A stretch of DNA of 32,000 nt from an archaeon (GTDB lineage: Archaea; Asgardarchaeota; Thorarchaeia; Thorarchaeales; Thorarchaeaceae): contig JAJRZD010000020.1 in NCBI GenBank assembly GCA_024275415.1, positions 1 through 32,000 of the forward strand, read 5' to 3'. This document shows positions 17,001-25,330 of this stretch, in pieces (within the stretch, counting starts at the first letter, position 1; each line of letters begins with the position of its first letter). The position numbers and the translations under genes are program-made. The notes below the pieces were generated by a model. That model searched no databases, was not told the DNA's origin, and saw nothing but the letters and a program-made list of their open reading frames with translations.

Positions 17001-17608
17001 AGAATTGGTTGGTTGTACAAGCATCGAAAATCAAGAAATTGGGAAGTGAGAAGGTAGTCACTCTTACAGTGACAAAGATGAACGAGCTTCTTGTTCAGAG
17101 CCTGTCGGAGGCCATTGGCCCAGAACAGGCTCTCACGAAAGTCTTCGATGGAGGGATGGCTCTTGGTCATGAGTTCATGATGGAACTGAGCGCTGTTCTG
17201 GAAAAGAAGATTGAGCGTGTGCCAGCATATGGCGAAGCTGCATGGCTGATGTTCGCGGGAAAATCTCCTACGAGTCATACTTTCGAAAAGCTTGAGATTG
17301 AAGGGGAAGTGGTCTGGAAATATACACTTATCGACGATGATAGCCCCTTTTGCAGGAACATCTCGTTCCCACACAGGTTCTGTCAGTTCCCTGCTGGAGC
17401 ATATCAAGGCGCAAGCCAGACCTGGTCAGCATTGGCTCGTGAAGGTGAGTTCCATACCATCTGTCGAGAAACGAAGTGTAAGGCTGTGGGAGATGAGCAC
17501 TGTGAGCTCACCTTGATAATTGTGAATAGGGAAGTCCCAATAGAGTTCATCCAAACGCACTTCCCCATCATGTTCGAAGATGTCAAAACTGGTTTTGTTG
17601 ACTATTGA
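16997..17608 (+). CDS. V4R-domain / TRAPPC3 (Bet3)-like protein
   Basis: V4R Cys signature SPFC...FC..PAG...ETKCKAVGDEHCE; several blocks resemble Bet3 (see findings). Confidence 0.78.
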   Translation: MKNWLVVQASKIKKLGSEKVVTLTVTKMNELLVQSLSEAIGPEQALTKVFDGGMALGHEFMMELSAVLEKKIERVPAYGEAAWLMFAGKSPTSHTFEKLEIEGEVVWKYTLIDDDSPFCRNISFPHRFCQFPAGAYQGASQTWSALAREGEFHTICRETKCKAVGDEHCELTLIIVNREVPIEFIQTHFPIMFEDVKTGFVDY

Positions 17609-18317
17609 AACTTCGACGTTTGGATGTAATATCGTTTTTCAATGCATAGAGCCACAGGATCTCGGAACATACATGCCATGCCATCATCACTTCAGTGTCC
17701 AGCTCTATGTGCAGGTCAAAGAAGCCTTGAATATCCAGTTGGAAGTCACCATGTGGAAAAGCACCTATCCCGATTATTACGGGAATCGATATATCAGAGG
17801 GAATCAATGAAAGTAGGCCGCCCAGCCGCGTTTCGTGCCCTCCCTCGACTGCAAGGAGAGTGAGAGCTGTGTCATATCCATCTCTAAGAGAGGAGATGAG
17901 AGTCGATAGATCCTTCTGGATGACCTTGAGCAGGGCGGTGCCCTTTGGAGGGACCTGTCCAACTAACAGAAGTTGTTCCATCAGACCAACGAATCGTTCA
18001 TAGTTCCGGGGTATCCGCACACTGGGATTGACTTCAATAATACGCCCATCATAAAGATGGATATGGATTGTCAAGAAACCTGACTTGCATAGAGGGGTTT
18101 CCAGCAGAGACTGTAAGCAGAAGAAGAGAATATCAGGTCTACCTCGCTTGTGCCCGTTTAGGAGCTGGGTCATCGCTTGGCCGTGATATGTCTGATCCAA
18201 TAGGATCTCATTTGGCTTCTTCCTTCTCAGGGATGCCTGTTTCTGGATTAGCTTCTTGGCTGTGATCTCAGTCGGTACAAGCTCCAGTGCAGTTTCTAAC
18301 AGGACGACATGCAACAT
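17583..18317 (-). CDS. nep1: 16S rRNA pseudouridine N1-methyltransferase Nep1/Emg1 (SPOUT)
   Basis: LETALELVP, RGRPDI, IEVNPSVRIPRNYERFVGLMEQLL, IGAFPHGDF. Confidence 0.92.
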   Translation of the reverse strand: MLHVVLLETALELVPTEITAKKLIQKQASLRRKKPNEILLDQTYHGQAMTQLLNGHKRGRPDILFFCLQSLLETPLCKSGFLTIHIHLYDGRIIEVNPSVRIPRNYERFVGLMEQLLLVGQVPPKGTALLKVIQKDLSTLISSLRDGYDTALTLLAVEGGHETRLGGLLSLIPSDISIPVIIGIGAFPHGDFQLDIQGFFDLHIELDTEVMMAWHVCSEILWLYALKNDITSKRRSFNSQQNQF

Positions 18318-18392
18318 TGCTCTAACCTATCCCTTCGGGACAGACGAACAATTTAAGCGATGTGACGGCCTCTCAAAAACGGGTCGTGACTC

Positions 18393-18719
18393 TTGGGAAG
18401 ACGAAGAAAGCCAAGAAAACAGATAAGGAAGATATCCGCTGCAAGAATCGCATATCTCTGGGAGAACGCAAAACGGATTGTGACACAACGGCCAGACCGT
18501 GCCAGAGATTGGATGCGGATGTCTAAAAGAATCGCCCAGAAGGCACGGATGAAACTGGCGCGTAATATATCACGATCTATTTGCAAGGAGTGTGGTACCA
18601 TCTGGATCTCTGGGAGAACCTGCCGGGTCAGACTACGGCACAACAGGAACAAACACATGAGTGTGACCTGCCTCGTCTGTGGGGCGATACGCAGATTTCC
18701 GGTCAGAGGACAAACTTGA
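18393..18719 (+). CDS. rnp4: RNase P protein component 4 (Rpp21)
   Basis: RIAYLWENA...RIAQKARMKL, SICKECG and VTCLVCG zinc ribbon; TTG start. Confidence 0.92.
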   Translation: MGRRRKPRKQIRKISAARIAYLWENAKRIVTQRPDRARDWMRMSKRIAQKARMKLARNISRSICKECGTIWISGRTCRVRLRHNRNKHMSVTCLVCGAIRRFPVRGQT

Positions 18720-18752
18720 TTTGCACATGGTGAATTCACTGAATGATTTGTA

Positions 18753-19028
18753 ATGAGCAAGAAACAGCCAGATCCCACAAGAATCTCGATCACATGGAAC
18801 GAACCAGTAATGATTCAGATAGGAAAAGGGGGGCTATCCGATGGAACGATAGCGGAAACAATCCGCATCCTGAAGCGTCACAAGTATGCGAAGGTCAGGC
18901 TGCTGAGAAGCACAGGTGCTGACAGACATTCGAAACACATGATATTTGAGGAACTATGCAAGCGGGTCGGTGCTAGTCTTGCAGGTGTACGCGGAAATAC
19001 TGCAGTCATCTACAAACTGAGAAGATAA
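18753..19028 (+). CDS. YhbY/CRM-domain RNA-binding protein
   Basis: PVMIQIGKGGLSDG, KVRLLRS, RGNTAVIYK; conserved position after rnp4. Confidence 0.85.
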   Translation: MSKKQPDPTRISITWNEPVMIQIGKGGLSDGTIAETIRILKRHKYAKVRLLRSTGADRHSKHMIFEELCKRVGASLAGVRGNTAVIYKLRR

Positions 19029-19178
19029 ATTAATGACAGCGCCATTGCAGTCTTAGTGACTTCGTGTTCTAACGATAATCTTTTATGGACACTATTGCCG
19101 ATGAAGCCAGCCTTCTGAGGTAGACAATCATCCCAAATTGGGTTCTGATGTGTCCCTCAATAGATATGGTGAATTGAT

Positions 19179-19634
19179 ATGCCCACAGCTTATGATATTC
19201 CGGCAAACATCTTGATTCGGCGTCTTGCCCAGGACTTGAAGAGTCGAGAACAGATAAAACCACCAGAGTGGGCCGACTTTGTTAAGACGGGCGCTCACAA
19301 AGAACGAGCACCTGACGAGAGTGATTGGTGGTACATCAGATGTGCCAGCATCCTCAGGAAGATCTACATGAAGGGGCCTATTGGCACTGAGAGGTTGCGG
19401 GTACAGTATGGAGGACGGAAACGGCGAGGAAATAAACCAAATCGTTTCCATCGAGGGAGCGGTGCTATTGTGAGGGGTGCTCTTCAACAGCTGGAAAGAG
19501 CCGGGTTCATCAAAAAGCGTGGGAACAAAGGCCGTGAGTTGACCAGCGCAGGCAGGTCATACATGGATAGAGTGTCAGCCAATCTAAAGAAGGAACTGAC
19601 GAAGGCGATTCCAGAACTTGAGAGATACTCCTAA
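19179..19634 (+). CDS. rps19e: 30S ribosomal protein S19e
   Basis: PPEWADFVKTG, WWYIRCASILRKIY, YGGRKRRG, GSGAIVR. Confidence 0.98.
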   Translation: MPTAYDIPANILIRRLAQDLKSREQIKPPEWADFVKTGAHKERAPDESDWWYIRCASILRKIYMKGPIGTERLRVQYGGRKRRGNKPNRFHRGSGAIVRGALQQLERAGFIKKRGNKGRELTSAGRSYMDRVSANLKKELTKAIPELERYS

Positions 19635-19648
19635 TCAACTGCTTTAGG

Positions 19649-19987
19649 GTGATCGCATTGAGTGATGACGAGCTAGATGCCATCCGTCAGAGAAAGCTTG
19701 CTGAATTACAACAGCAAGCTGCTCAGGAACGGGCTGTAGAAGGACAAGCTGCAGAGGCTCAGGCACAGAAGGAAGCAATCCTTCGACAGATACTCACTCC
19801 AGAAGCAAGACAGCGTCTGACAAATATCAGGATGGTCAAGCCTCAAATGGCTGAGCAGATTGAGGTCCAGCTCATCCAGCTAGCTGGTTCAGGACGACTC
19901 CGCTCAAGGATAACAGATGAACAGCTGAAATCACTCCTCCTGCAGATACAGGGAAGAGAACGGGAACGAAAGGTAAAATTCAGATGA
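19649..19987 (+). CDS. PDCD5/TFAR19-family DNA-binding protein
   Basis: DDELDAIRQRKLAEL, ILTPEARQRLTNIRMVKP, ITDEQLK. Confidence 0.93.
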   Translation: MIALSDDELDAIRQRKLAELQQQAAQERAVEGQAAEAQAQKEAILRQILTPEARQRLTNIRMVKPQMAEQIEVQLIQLAGSGRLRSRITDEQLKSLLLQIQGRERERKVKFR

Positions 19988-20008
19988 AAGCTGCGAAAGG
20001 TGAAGAAT

Positions 20009-20164
20009 ATGGCGAGAAACAAGCCCCTCGGAAAGAAGCTCAGGATGGCACGTGCGCTAAAAAGTAACTCTAGCGTACCCACATGGGCTGTGATGAAGAC
20101 CAAAGGGAGGGTCAGAAAGACCCCAGCGCAGCGGAATTGGCGAATGAGCAAGCTGAAACCCTAG
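20009..20164 (+). CDS. rpl39e: 50S ribosomal protein L39e
   Basis: Not in the ORF track. Manual translation: [51 protein letters not shown]. Confidence 0.96.
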   Translation: MARNKPLGKKLRMARALKSNSSVPTWAVMKTKGRVRKTPAQRNWRMSKLKP

Positions 20165-20178
20165 AAGGTGAATGAACA

Positions 20179-20577
20179 ATGACGCCAAAGGACGACAAGA
20201 CAGAAGAACCAGTTTCAGATGAAGAGCCAGAGATTGAAGAGATCGAGGATGAGATAGAGGAGCCTGCTGAAGAGAAAGAGAAACCGGCTGCCCCAGCAGA
20301 AGAAGTGATTGAGGAAGAGATCATTGATGAACGGATATACACTGTTCCGCTGCGGAAGGCATATTGGACTGGTAGCAGGCTGAAGAGGGCGAACCGTGCG
20401 GTCAGGATCCTTAAGAAGTTCGTTGAGCGACACATGAAGCCAGAAGAGATGATGATCCAGCCCGAGGTCAACGAGCTGATATGGTCTCGGGGAATAGAGA
20501 AGCCACCTCGTAGGATCCGGATCCGGGCGACCAAGAACGATGAGAATCTTGTACGCGTATATCTGGCGGAGGGATAG
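20179..20577 (+). CDS. rpl31e: 50S ribosomal protein L31e with acidic N-terminal extension
   Basis: ERIYTVPLRK, RANRAVRILKKFVERHMK, VNELIWSRGIEKPPRRIRIR. Confidence 0.96.
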   Translation: MTPKDDKTEEPVSDEEPEIEEIEDEIEEPAEEKEKPAAPAEEVIEEEIIDERIYTVPLRKAYWTGSRLKRANRAVRILKKFVERHMKPEEMMIQPEVNELIWSRGIEKPPRRIRIRATKNDENLVRVYLAEG

Positions 20578-20580
20578 TCT

Positions 20581-21249
20581 ATGACAATCGCCCGAACGGA
20601 CTTCGAGGGCGATATCAATGTGGGAGCTTTCGGAGTGGTCACTGACCGTTTCGTGTTTGTGAGCCCCAACTTGTCGGAAAAAGACATGGATATCATTGAA
20701 CGTACATTCAACCTGCCTTTGATCCAATCCACTATTGCGACCATGGATACTGTAGGTCTGATGGTCGCTGCCAATTCGAATGGCATTCTGGTTCCATATA
20801 CCACCTCAAAGGAGGAGTTTGCAACCATTAAAAGAAGCTCTGAGGTGCCAGTCGATTGGATAGACAGCAAAATGACGGCGCTTGGCAATATCATTATTGG
20901 AAACGATAATGGTGCCATCTGCCACCCGGAGTTTGATCAAAAGGCACGAGATACAATAGCAGACACTTTGGACGTCGAGGTCGTTCCTAGCACAATTGCC
21001 AAACTGCCCATTGTGGGGGCAAATGCCATTGCCACCAATCAAGGTGCAGTCATTCATCCAATGGCAACTTCTGAAGAGATAGAGATGCTAACGCAGATGT
21101 TAAAAGTGGAAATCGAGGTGGGTACAGTGAACAGAGGAAGCCCGTACACAAGCCTTGGTGTTCTGGCAAATATTGATGGGATGATTGCGGGTGCTGAGAC
21201 CACAGGTGTGGAATTAGCACACATATCCCAAGTATTAGGATTCGTATAA
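20581..21249 (+). CDS. eif6: Translation initiation factor 6
   Basis: GDINVGAF, TALGNIIIGNDNGAICHP, GTVNRGSP, TTGVEL. Confidence 0.97.
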   Translation: MTIARTDFEGDINVGAFGVVTDRFVFVSPNLSEKDMDIIERTFNLPLIQSTIATMDTVGLMVAANSNGILVPYTTSKEEFATIKRSSEVPVDWIDSKMTALGNIIIGNDNGAICHPEFDQKARDTIADTLDVEVVPSTIAKLPIVGANAIATNQGAVIHPMATSEEIEMLTQMLKVEIEVGTVNRGSPYTSLGVLANIDGMIAGAETTGVELAHISQVLGFV

Positions 21250-21250
21250 G

Positions 21251-21505
21251 ATGGTGAAGATGATGAGTTCCAGGATATGGAGAGCAACAGGAGAATATGT
21301 GAAAACAAAACGGATGTTCCAATTCTCGATAGAACTTCTTGCTGACAAGGAGAGTCATGTTAAAGAGCGGATTTACTCTGAAATAGGCAGTAAGCACAGG
21401 GTCAAGAGGAGGCACATTTCTTTTACTAATATTACCGAGATCAAGCCTGATGAGGTCACTGACCTTGACCTCAGACGTGTGCTGGGTGTGGAGTCTGAGA
21501 TATAA
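21251..21505 (+). CDS. rpl18a: 50S ribosomal protein L18Ae/LX (eL20)
   Basis: ERIYSEIGSKHRVKRRHISFTNITEI; start may be a downstream ATG. Confidence 0.92.
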   Translation: MVKMMSSRIWRATGEYVKTKRMFQFSIELLADKESHVKERIYSEIGSKHRVKRRHISFTNITEIKPDEVTDLDLRRVLGVESEI

Positions 21506-21945
21506 TGTCTGAACAACAGCTGCAGAATCTCCTATATCAGCAGAAAGCATTGGAGCATCGCATTGGAGAACTTGAGACGACAATTGGGATGCTACAAAAC
21601 ACATTAGCAAGCTATACCGCGGGAAAGCAAGTACTGGAAGAACTCGCTACCAAAGAAACTGATGAGCCACTTCTCATCAACGTTGGGGGAGCTATCTATA
21701 TCGAAGCAAAGGTTGTGAGCAATGATAGAGTGCTTAGAGGGATTGGCAGTGGGGTTCAGATTGAACAGTCCCTTGAGGATGCAAAGAACACCGTGTCAAA
21801 GAGGATAGAAGAGCTCAATGACTACATGGGAAAGTTGCGTCAGGAATATCAGACTGCTGTCGATCAAGCAGTAATGATTAATCAGCAAGCACAGAGGATA
21901 CTGGCACAGGCTCAGTCAAGAACACAGCAAAAAGGTTCGGAGTGA
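21505..21945 (+). CDS. pfdA: Prefoldin subunit alpha
   Basis: Coiled coils flanking the LLINVGGAIYIEAKV...GIGSGVQIEQ beta-hairpin. Confidence 0.95.
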   Translation: MSEQQLQNLLYQQKALEHRIGELETTIGMLQNTLASYTAGKQVLEELATKETDEPLLINVGGAIYIEAKVVSNDRVLRGIGSGVQIEQSLEDAKNTVSKRIEELNDYMGKLRQEYQTAVDQAVMINQQAQRILAQAQSRTQQKGSE

Positions 21946-21952
21946 TATATCG

Positions 21953-22861
21953 TTGTTCGAGAAGCTTCGCGGAGCCCTCGATAGTGCAATTACCAAGGCA
22001 ATAACAAAAGAACTGACCGAGAAGAATCTTGCAGACGCGGTCTGGAATCTCCAGCTTGTTCTCATTCAGAACGATGTTGCAGTCGAGGTCGCCGAACATA
22101 TTTGTGATCTCACGAAAAGCAAGATGCTTGGTCAAAGAGCGGGGAGGTTGGAAAAAACCGAACGTCTGTTCAAACAATATCTTATCGAGTCGGTAAAAGA
22201 AGTACTTACTCCAGAGAAGCCCTTCGACCTGCTCGAGTTCATCGCCCAAAGAAAGGCCGATAGCGAAACTACGGCTATCATGCTCGTTGGTGTTAACGGA
22301 ACGGGAAAGACAACTACTCTGGCAAAGATTGCCTATATGCTCAAAAAAAGTGGATATTCTATCGTCATTGCGGCCGGAGATACCTATCGCGCCGGAAGTA
22401 TCGAACAATTACAGAAGCATGCAGACACCCTTGGAATTCGTGTAATCAAGCAGGACTATGGCTCAGATGCTGCTGCAGTAGCATATGACGCAGTCGCTCA
22501 TGCGAAAGCGAAACACATCGATGTTGTACTGATTGATACGGCAGGGCGCATGCAGAGCAATAAGAACCTAATCAACGAAATGAGAAAAATCGCACGGGTC
22601 GCGGAACCCGACCTGAAAATCTTCGTTGGGGACGCACTGGCAGGCAACGATGTCCTCTCACAAGCAAAGGAGTTTCATGAAGCCATCGAGATTGATGGGG
22701 CAATCCTGACAAAGGTCGATGCGGATCCGTCAGGCGGTGCTGCACTTTCAATAACATTTGTCACCGGCAGACCCATCATCTTTGTAGGCATTGGTCAGAC
22801 CTACGAAGACCTTAGAAGGTTTGATCCAGAGTGGTTCACAAGTCGATTGGTCGATGCCTGA
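21953..22861 (+). CDS. ftsY: SRP receptor FtsY (NG domain only)
   Basis: GVNGTGKTTTLAK, DTYRAGS, DTAGR, TKVD, GIGQTYEDL. Confidence 0.97.
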   Translation: MFEKLRGALDSAITKAITKELTEKNLADAVWNLQLVLIQNDVAVEVAEHICDLTKSKMLGQRAGRLEKTERLFKQYLIESVKEVLTPEKPFDLLEFIAQRKADSETTAIMLVGVNGTGKTTTLAKIAYMLKKSGYSIVIAAGDTYRAGSIEQLQKHADTLGIRVIKQDYGSDAAAVAYDAVAHAKAKHIDVVLIDTAGRMQSNKNLINEMRKIARVAEPDLKIFVGDALAGNDVLSQAKEFHEAIEIDGAILTKVDADPSGGAALSITFVTGRPIIFVGIGQTYEDLRRFDPEWFTSRLVDA

Positions 22862-22891
22862 TTGTAACGGCATTCTTATTACCAATTACTA

Positions 22892-23848
22892 GTGAGCACT
22901 GAATACGACCAAGAGGTGTCAATTTTGAGGCTGAAAGGCAGGAATTTCGTTGACCTATCGGATTTTGAAAGATTCGAGCTGAGAAGGTTCTTGGATACTG
23001 CACATGATTTGAAAAGGAAGCAGAAGCGCGGAGAACCCCACGAGCTATTGAAAGGTAAATCACTCGCAATGATCTTCATGAAATCGTCAACTCGCACCAG
23101 AGTGTCATTCGAGGTAGGAATGACACAGCTGGGCGGACATGCGCTCTATTTGCAGCCTAGTGGAACCCAGCTCGGTCGCGGAGAAACAATCGGCGATACT
23201 GCTCAGGTTCTAAGCAGGTATTGTGATGCAATCATGGCCCGTGTATATAGTCATGACGAGATTATGGAGCTTGCTGAGCATGCAACCGTGCCTGTGATAA
23301 ATGGGCTGTCAGACTTGCTTCATCCTTGTCAGATCATGGCTGATATGCAGACCATTGATGAACACAAGGGAAGACTTGAGGGACTGAAAATAGCATATGT
23401 GGGCGACTCGAATAATGTGAGTAACTCGATAATGCAGGGGTGCACCATCATGGGCATGGACGTCACAATTGGATCCCCCAAGGGATATACACCCCCGGAA
23501 AAGATCCTGAAAAAGACAACTGAGCTCAGCAAGAAATACCACACGACCCTAGAGGTTGTCAATGATGCAAAAGAAGCAGTGAAAAATGCCGATGTCATCT
23601 ATACAGATACATTCTTCAGTATGGGCCAAGAGCGAGACAAGGCTAAAGAGGAAGCATTGATGCCTTTTCAGGTTAATCAAGCTCTTGTTGATGCTGCAAA
23701 AGAAGACGTCATTGTCATGCATTGCCTACCTGCGCATAGAGATGAGGAACTTACCTCCGAAGTGATGGACGGACCTCATAGCGTGGTCTTTGATCAGGCA
23801 GAGAATCGTTTACATGCGCAAAAGGGGATCATGGCTTTGCTCATATAG
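22892..23848 (+). CDS. argF: Ornithine carbamoyltransferase
   Basis: STRTRVSFE, HPCQ, YTDTFFSMGQE, HCLPAHR, QAENRLH; GTG start. Confidence 0.96.
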   Translation: MSTEYDQEVSILRLKGRNFVDLSDFERFELRRFLDTAHDLKRKQKRGEPHELLKGKSLAMIFMKSSTRTRVSFEVGMTQLGGHALYLQPSGTQLGRGETIGDTAQVLSRYCDAIMARVYSHDEIMELAEHATVPVINGLSDLLHPCQIMADMQTIDEHKGRLEGLKIAYVGDSNNVSNSIMQGCTIMGMDVTIGSPKGYTPPEKILKKTTELSKKYHTTLEVVNDAKEAVKNADVIYTDTFFSMGQERDKAKEEALMPFQVNQALVDAAKEDVIVMHCLPAHRDEELTSEVMDGPHSVVFDQAENRLHAQKGIMALLI

Positions 23849-24805
23849 GTGAGAAGAGATTTGTCTTTAGAGGTCGTTTCCATAGGACGGATTAACATTG
23901 ACATCATAATGAATGTCAAGACACTCCCCAAAACGAATGAGCATGTCATCAGTGAAGGATCCAGTTTCACCTTTGGAGGGTCTGCAGCGAACTTTGCATC
24001 TCAGTCTGCCCGATTGGGAGTGAAGACAGGCCTTGTTGGCTGTATCGGGAATGACCTCTACGGACAACTTGCCTTGAAGAACCTTCAGGATGCCGGAGTA
24101 GATACAAAGGGCGTCCTTGTGCTGGGCAACCAGCCTACAGGACTTTTCTTCCTTGCACAGGCGAGGAATAAGGAGAAGGTCATCTTCACAGAACCGGGAG
24201 CAAACCGGTTCTTGGAGAGACATCTAATCGACAACGAATATCTGCTTCGAGCAAGAACGGTTCATATCGCTGGAGGATTCTCCAGACTTATGGATCGGGT
24301 CATCGAACTTGCCACAACACATGGGATGATCGTATCAATCGATCCGGGAAGAGCTGCTGAGAATGTTGACTTCTCTTCGATATTGCACAAGGTAGACCTT
24401 CTTTTCCTGAACCAGTCAGAGTTGAAAGCATACTTTGACCTCTCACCGACCGAGAAGGAACTACGGACGTTCGCAAAGACACTACCGGGAATCGTTGTGG
24501 TCAAGATGGGCGACAAGGGGTCTATCGCCACCGATGGATTTGACTTCATCAAATCGCCAATCTTTGAGGTTCCTGTAGTTGACACTCTCGGTGCAGGTGA
24601 CTCGTTTGCAGCTGCATTTGTGACTGCATGGACCAGATCAGAGAATGTCGGTCAGGCATTGAACTTTGCAAATGCCACAGCATCTCAGACAATCAAAGAG
24701 AATGGGGCACAGAACGGGCAGCCAACCTTGCAACAGGTCGCTGGAGTACTCAGAGAGCACGACATCAATATCCATGACATATTGCGGACATTCGGGAAGA
24801 AATAA
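23849..24805 (+). CDS. PfkB/ribokinase-family carbohydrate kinase
   Basis: GGSAANFA, DTLGAGDSF, ANATAS. Confidence 0.92.
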   Translation: MRRDLSLEVVSIGRINIDIIMNVKTLPKTNEHVISEGSSFTFGGSAANFASQSARLGVKTGLVGCIGNDLYGQLALKNLQDAGVDTKGVLVLGNQPTGLFFLAQARNKEKVIFTEPGANRFLERHLIDNEYLLRARTVHIAGGFSRLMDRVIELATTHGMIVSIDPGRAAENVDFSSILHKVDLLFLNQSELKAYFDLSPTEKELRTFAKTLPGIVVVKMGDKGSIATDGFDFIKSPIFEVPVVDTLGAGDSFAAAFVTAWTRSENVGQALNFANATASQTIKENGAQNGQPTLQQVAGVLREHDINIHDILRTFGKK

Positions 24806-24983
24806 ATCGATTTTCAATACTTGGTGTGATAGTCAGAAACAGCAGGTTGGTTTCCGTTTCACGATATAATCTCCAATCTGTTCGCCATCACTGAATTGTT
24901 GCCCACCTCAAACATCTTAGTTGTGATGTTCTAGACATTAGGTGTATTCCCAAGTCGATGTGCCTTTGAGGTGACTATGCCTC

Positions 24984-25190
24984 TCAAACTTTTGAGAACT
25001 TGGCCCGCACAGTTGAACCACAATAGTTGCACTTTGCCTCCAAGGGGCCTATCCAATCAATGGATTCCTGTGATAAGGGGGCACTGCACTGAGGTCATTT
25101 TTCAGGAATCCGTACCAAACGTAGACCATCATCTGTTTCTGATTTGTTACTATTTTTCTCGGGAATTGCTGATCGTGGTGCCTGAATTAT
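24984..25190 (-). pseudogene. Relic of a gene ending in a double zinc ribbon, with TGA at the first Cys
   Basis: Minus frame: IIQAPRSAIPEKNSNKSETDDGLRLVRIPEK*(TGA 25097-25095)PQCSAPLSQESIDWIGPLEAKCNYCGSTVRAKFSKV*. No in-frame start before the upstream TGA at 25193-25191. Confidence 0.55.
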
Positions 25191-25330
25191 TCATTTTGGG
25201 AACTTGCCCGTGCCTCATTGCGAGTCTTTGGAGTGAAACAGTTTAGGTTTCGATATTCGATTGTGTATTACCTCCGTAGTATTGCAGTTTTTGTTGGTAT
25301 AATACACAACATGTGCAAAGACAATAGAAG

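Noticed and set aside
19097-19150. C/D-box sRNA-like segment upstream of rps19e (CGATGA...CTGA...CTGA)
   Set aside because: Box C is imperfect, no clear C' box or recognisable guide target, and the likely TSS from the TATA at ~19080 falls inside it; would need snoscan or RNA-seq.
16487-20918. Long antisense ORFs in the track (16487..17407, 20112..20918, 20215..20727 and similar)
   Set aside because: They are shadows of well-supported genes on the opposite strand and carry no motifs.
24830-24938. Second possible zinc-knuckle relic on the minus strand (MSRTSQLRCLR-frameshift-GQQFSDGEQIGDYIV)
   Set aside because: Requires an assumed frameshift to create CxxC; too short to distinguish from chance.
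3393-25097. Stop-codon reassignment as an explanation for the in-frame stops
   Set aside because: The interrupting stops are of all three types (TAA twice, TAG, TGA), co-occur with frameshifts, and all three are used as normal terminators in core genes.
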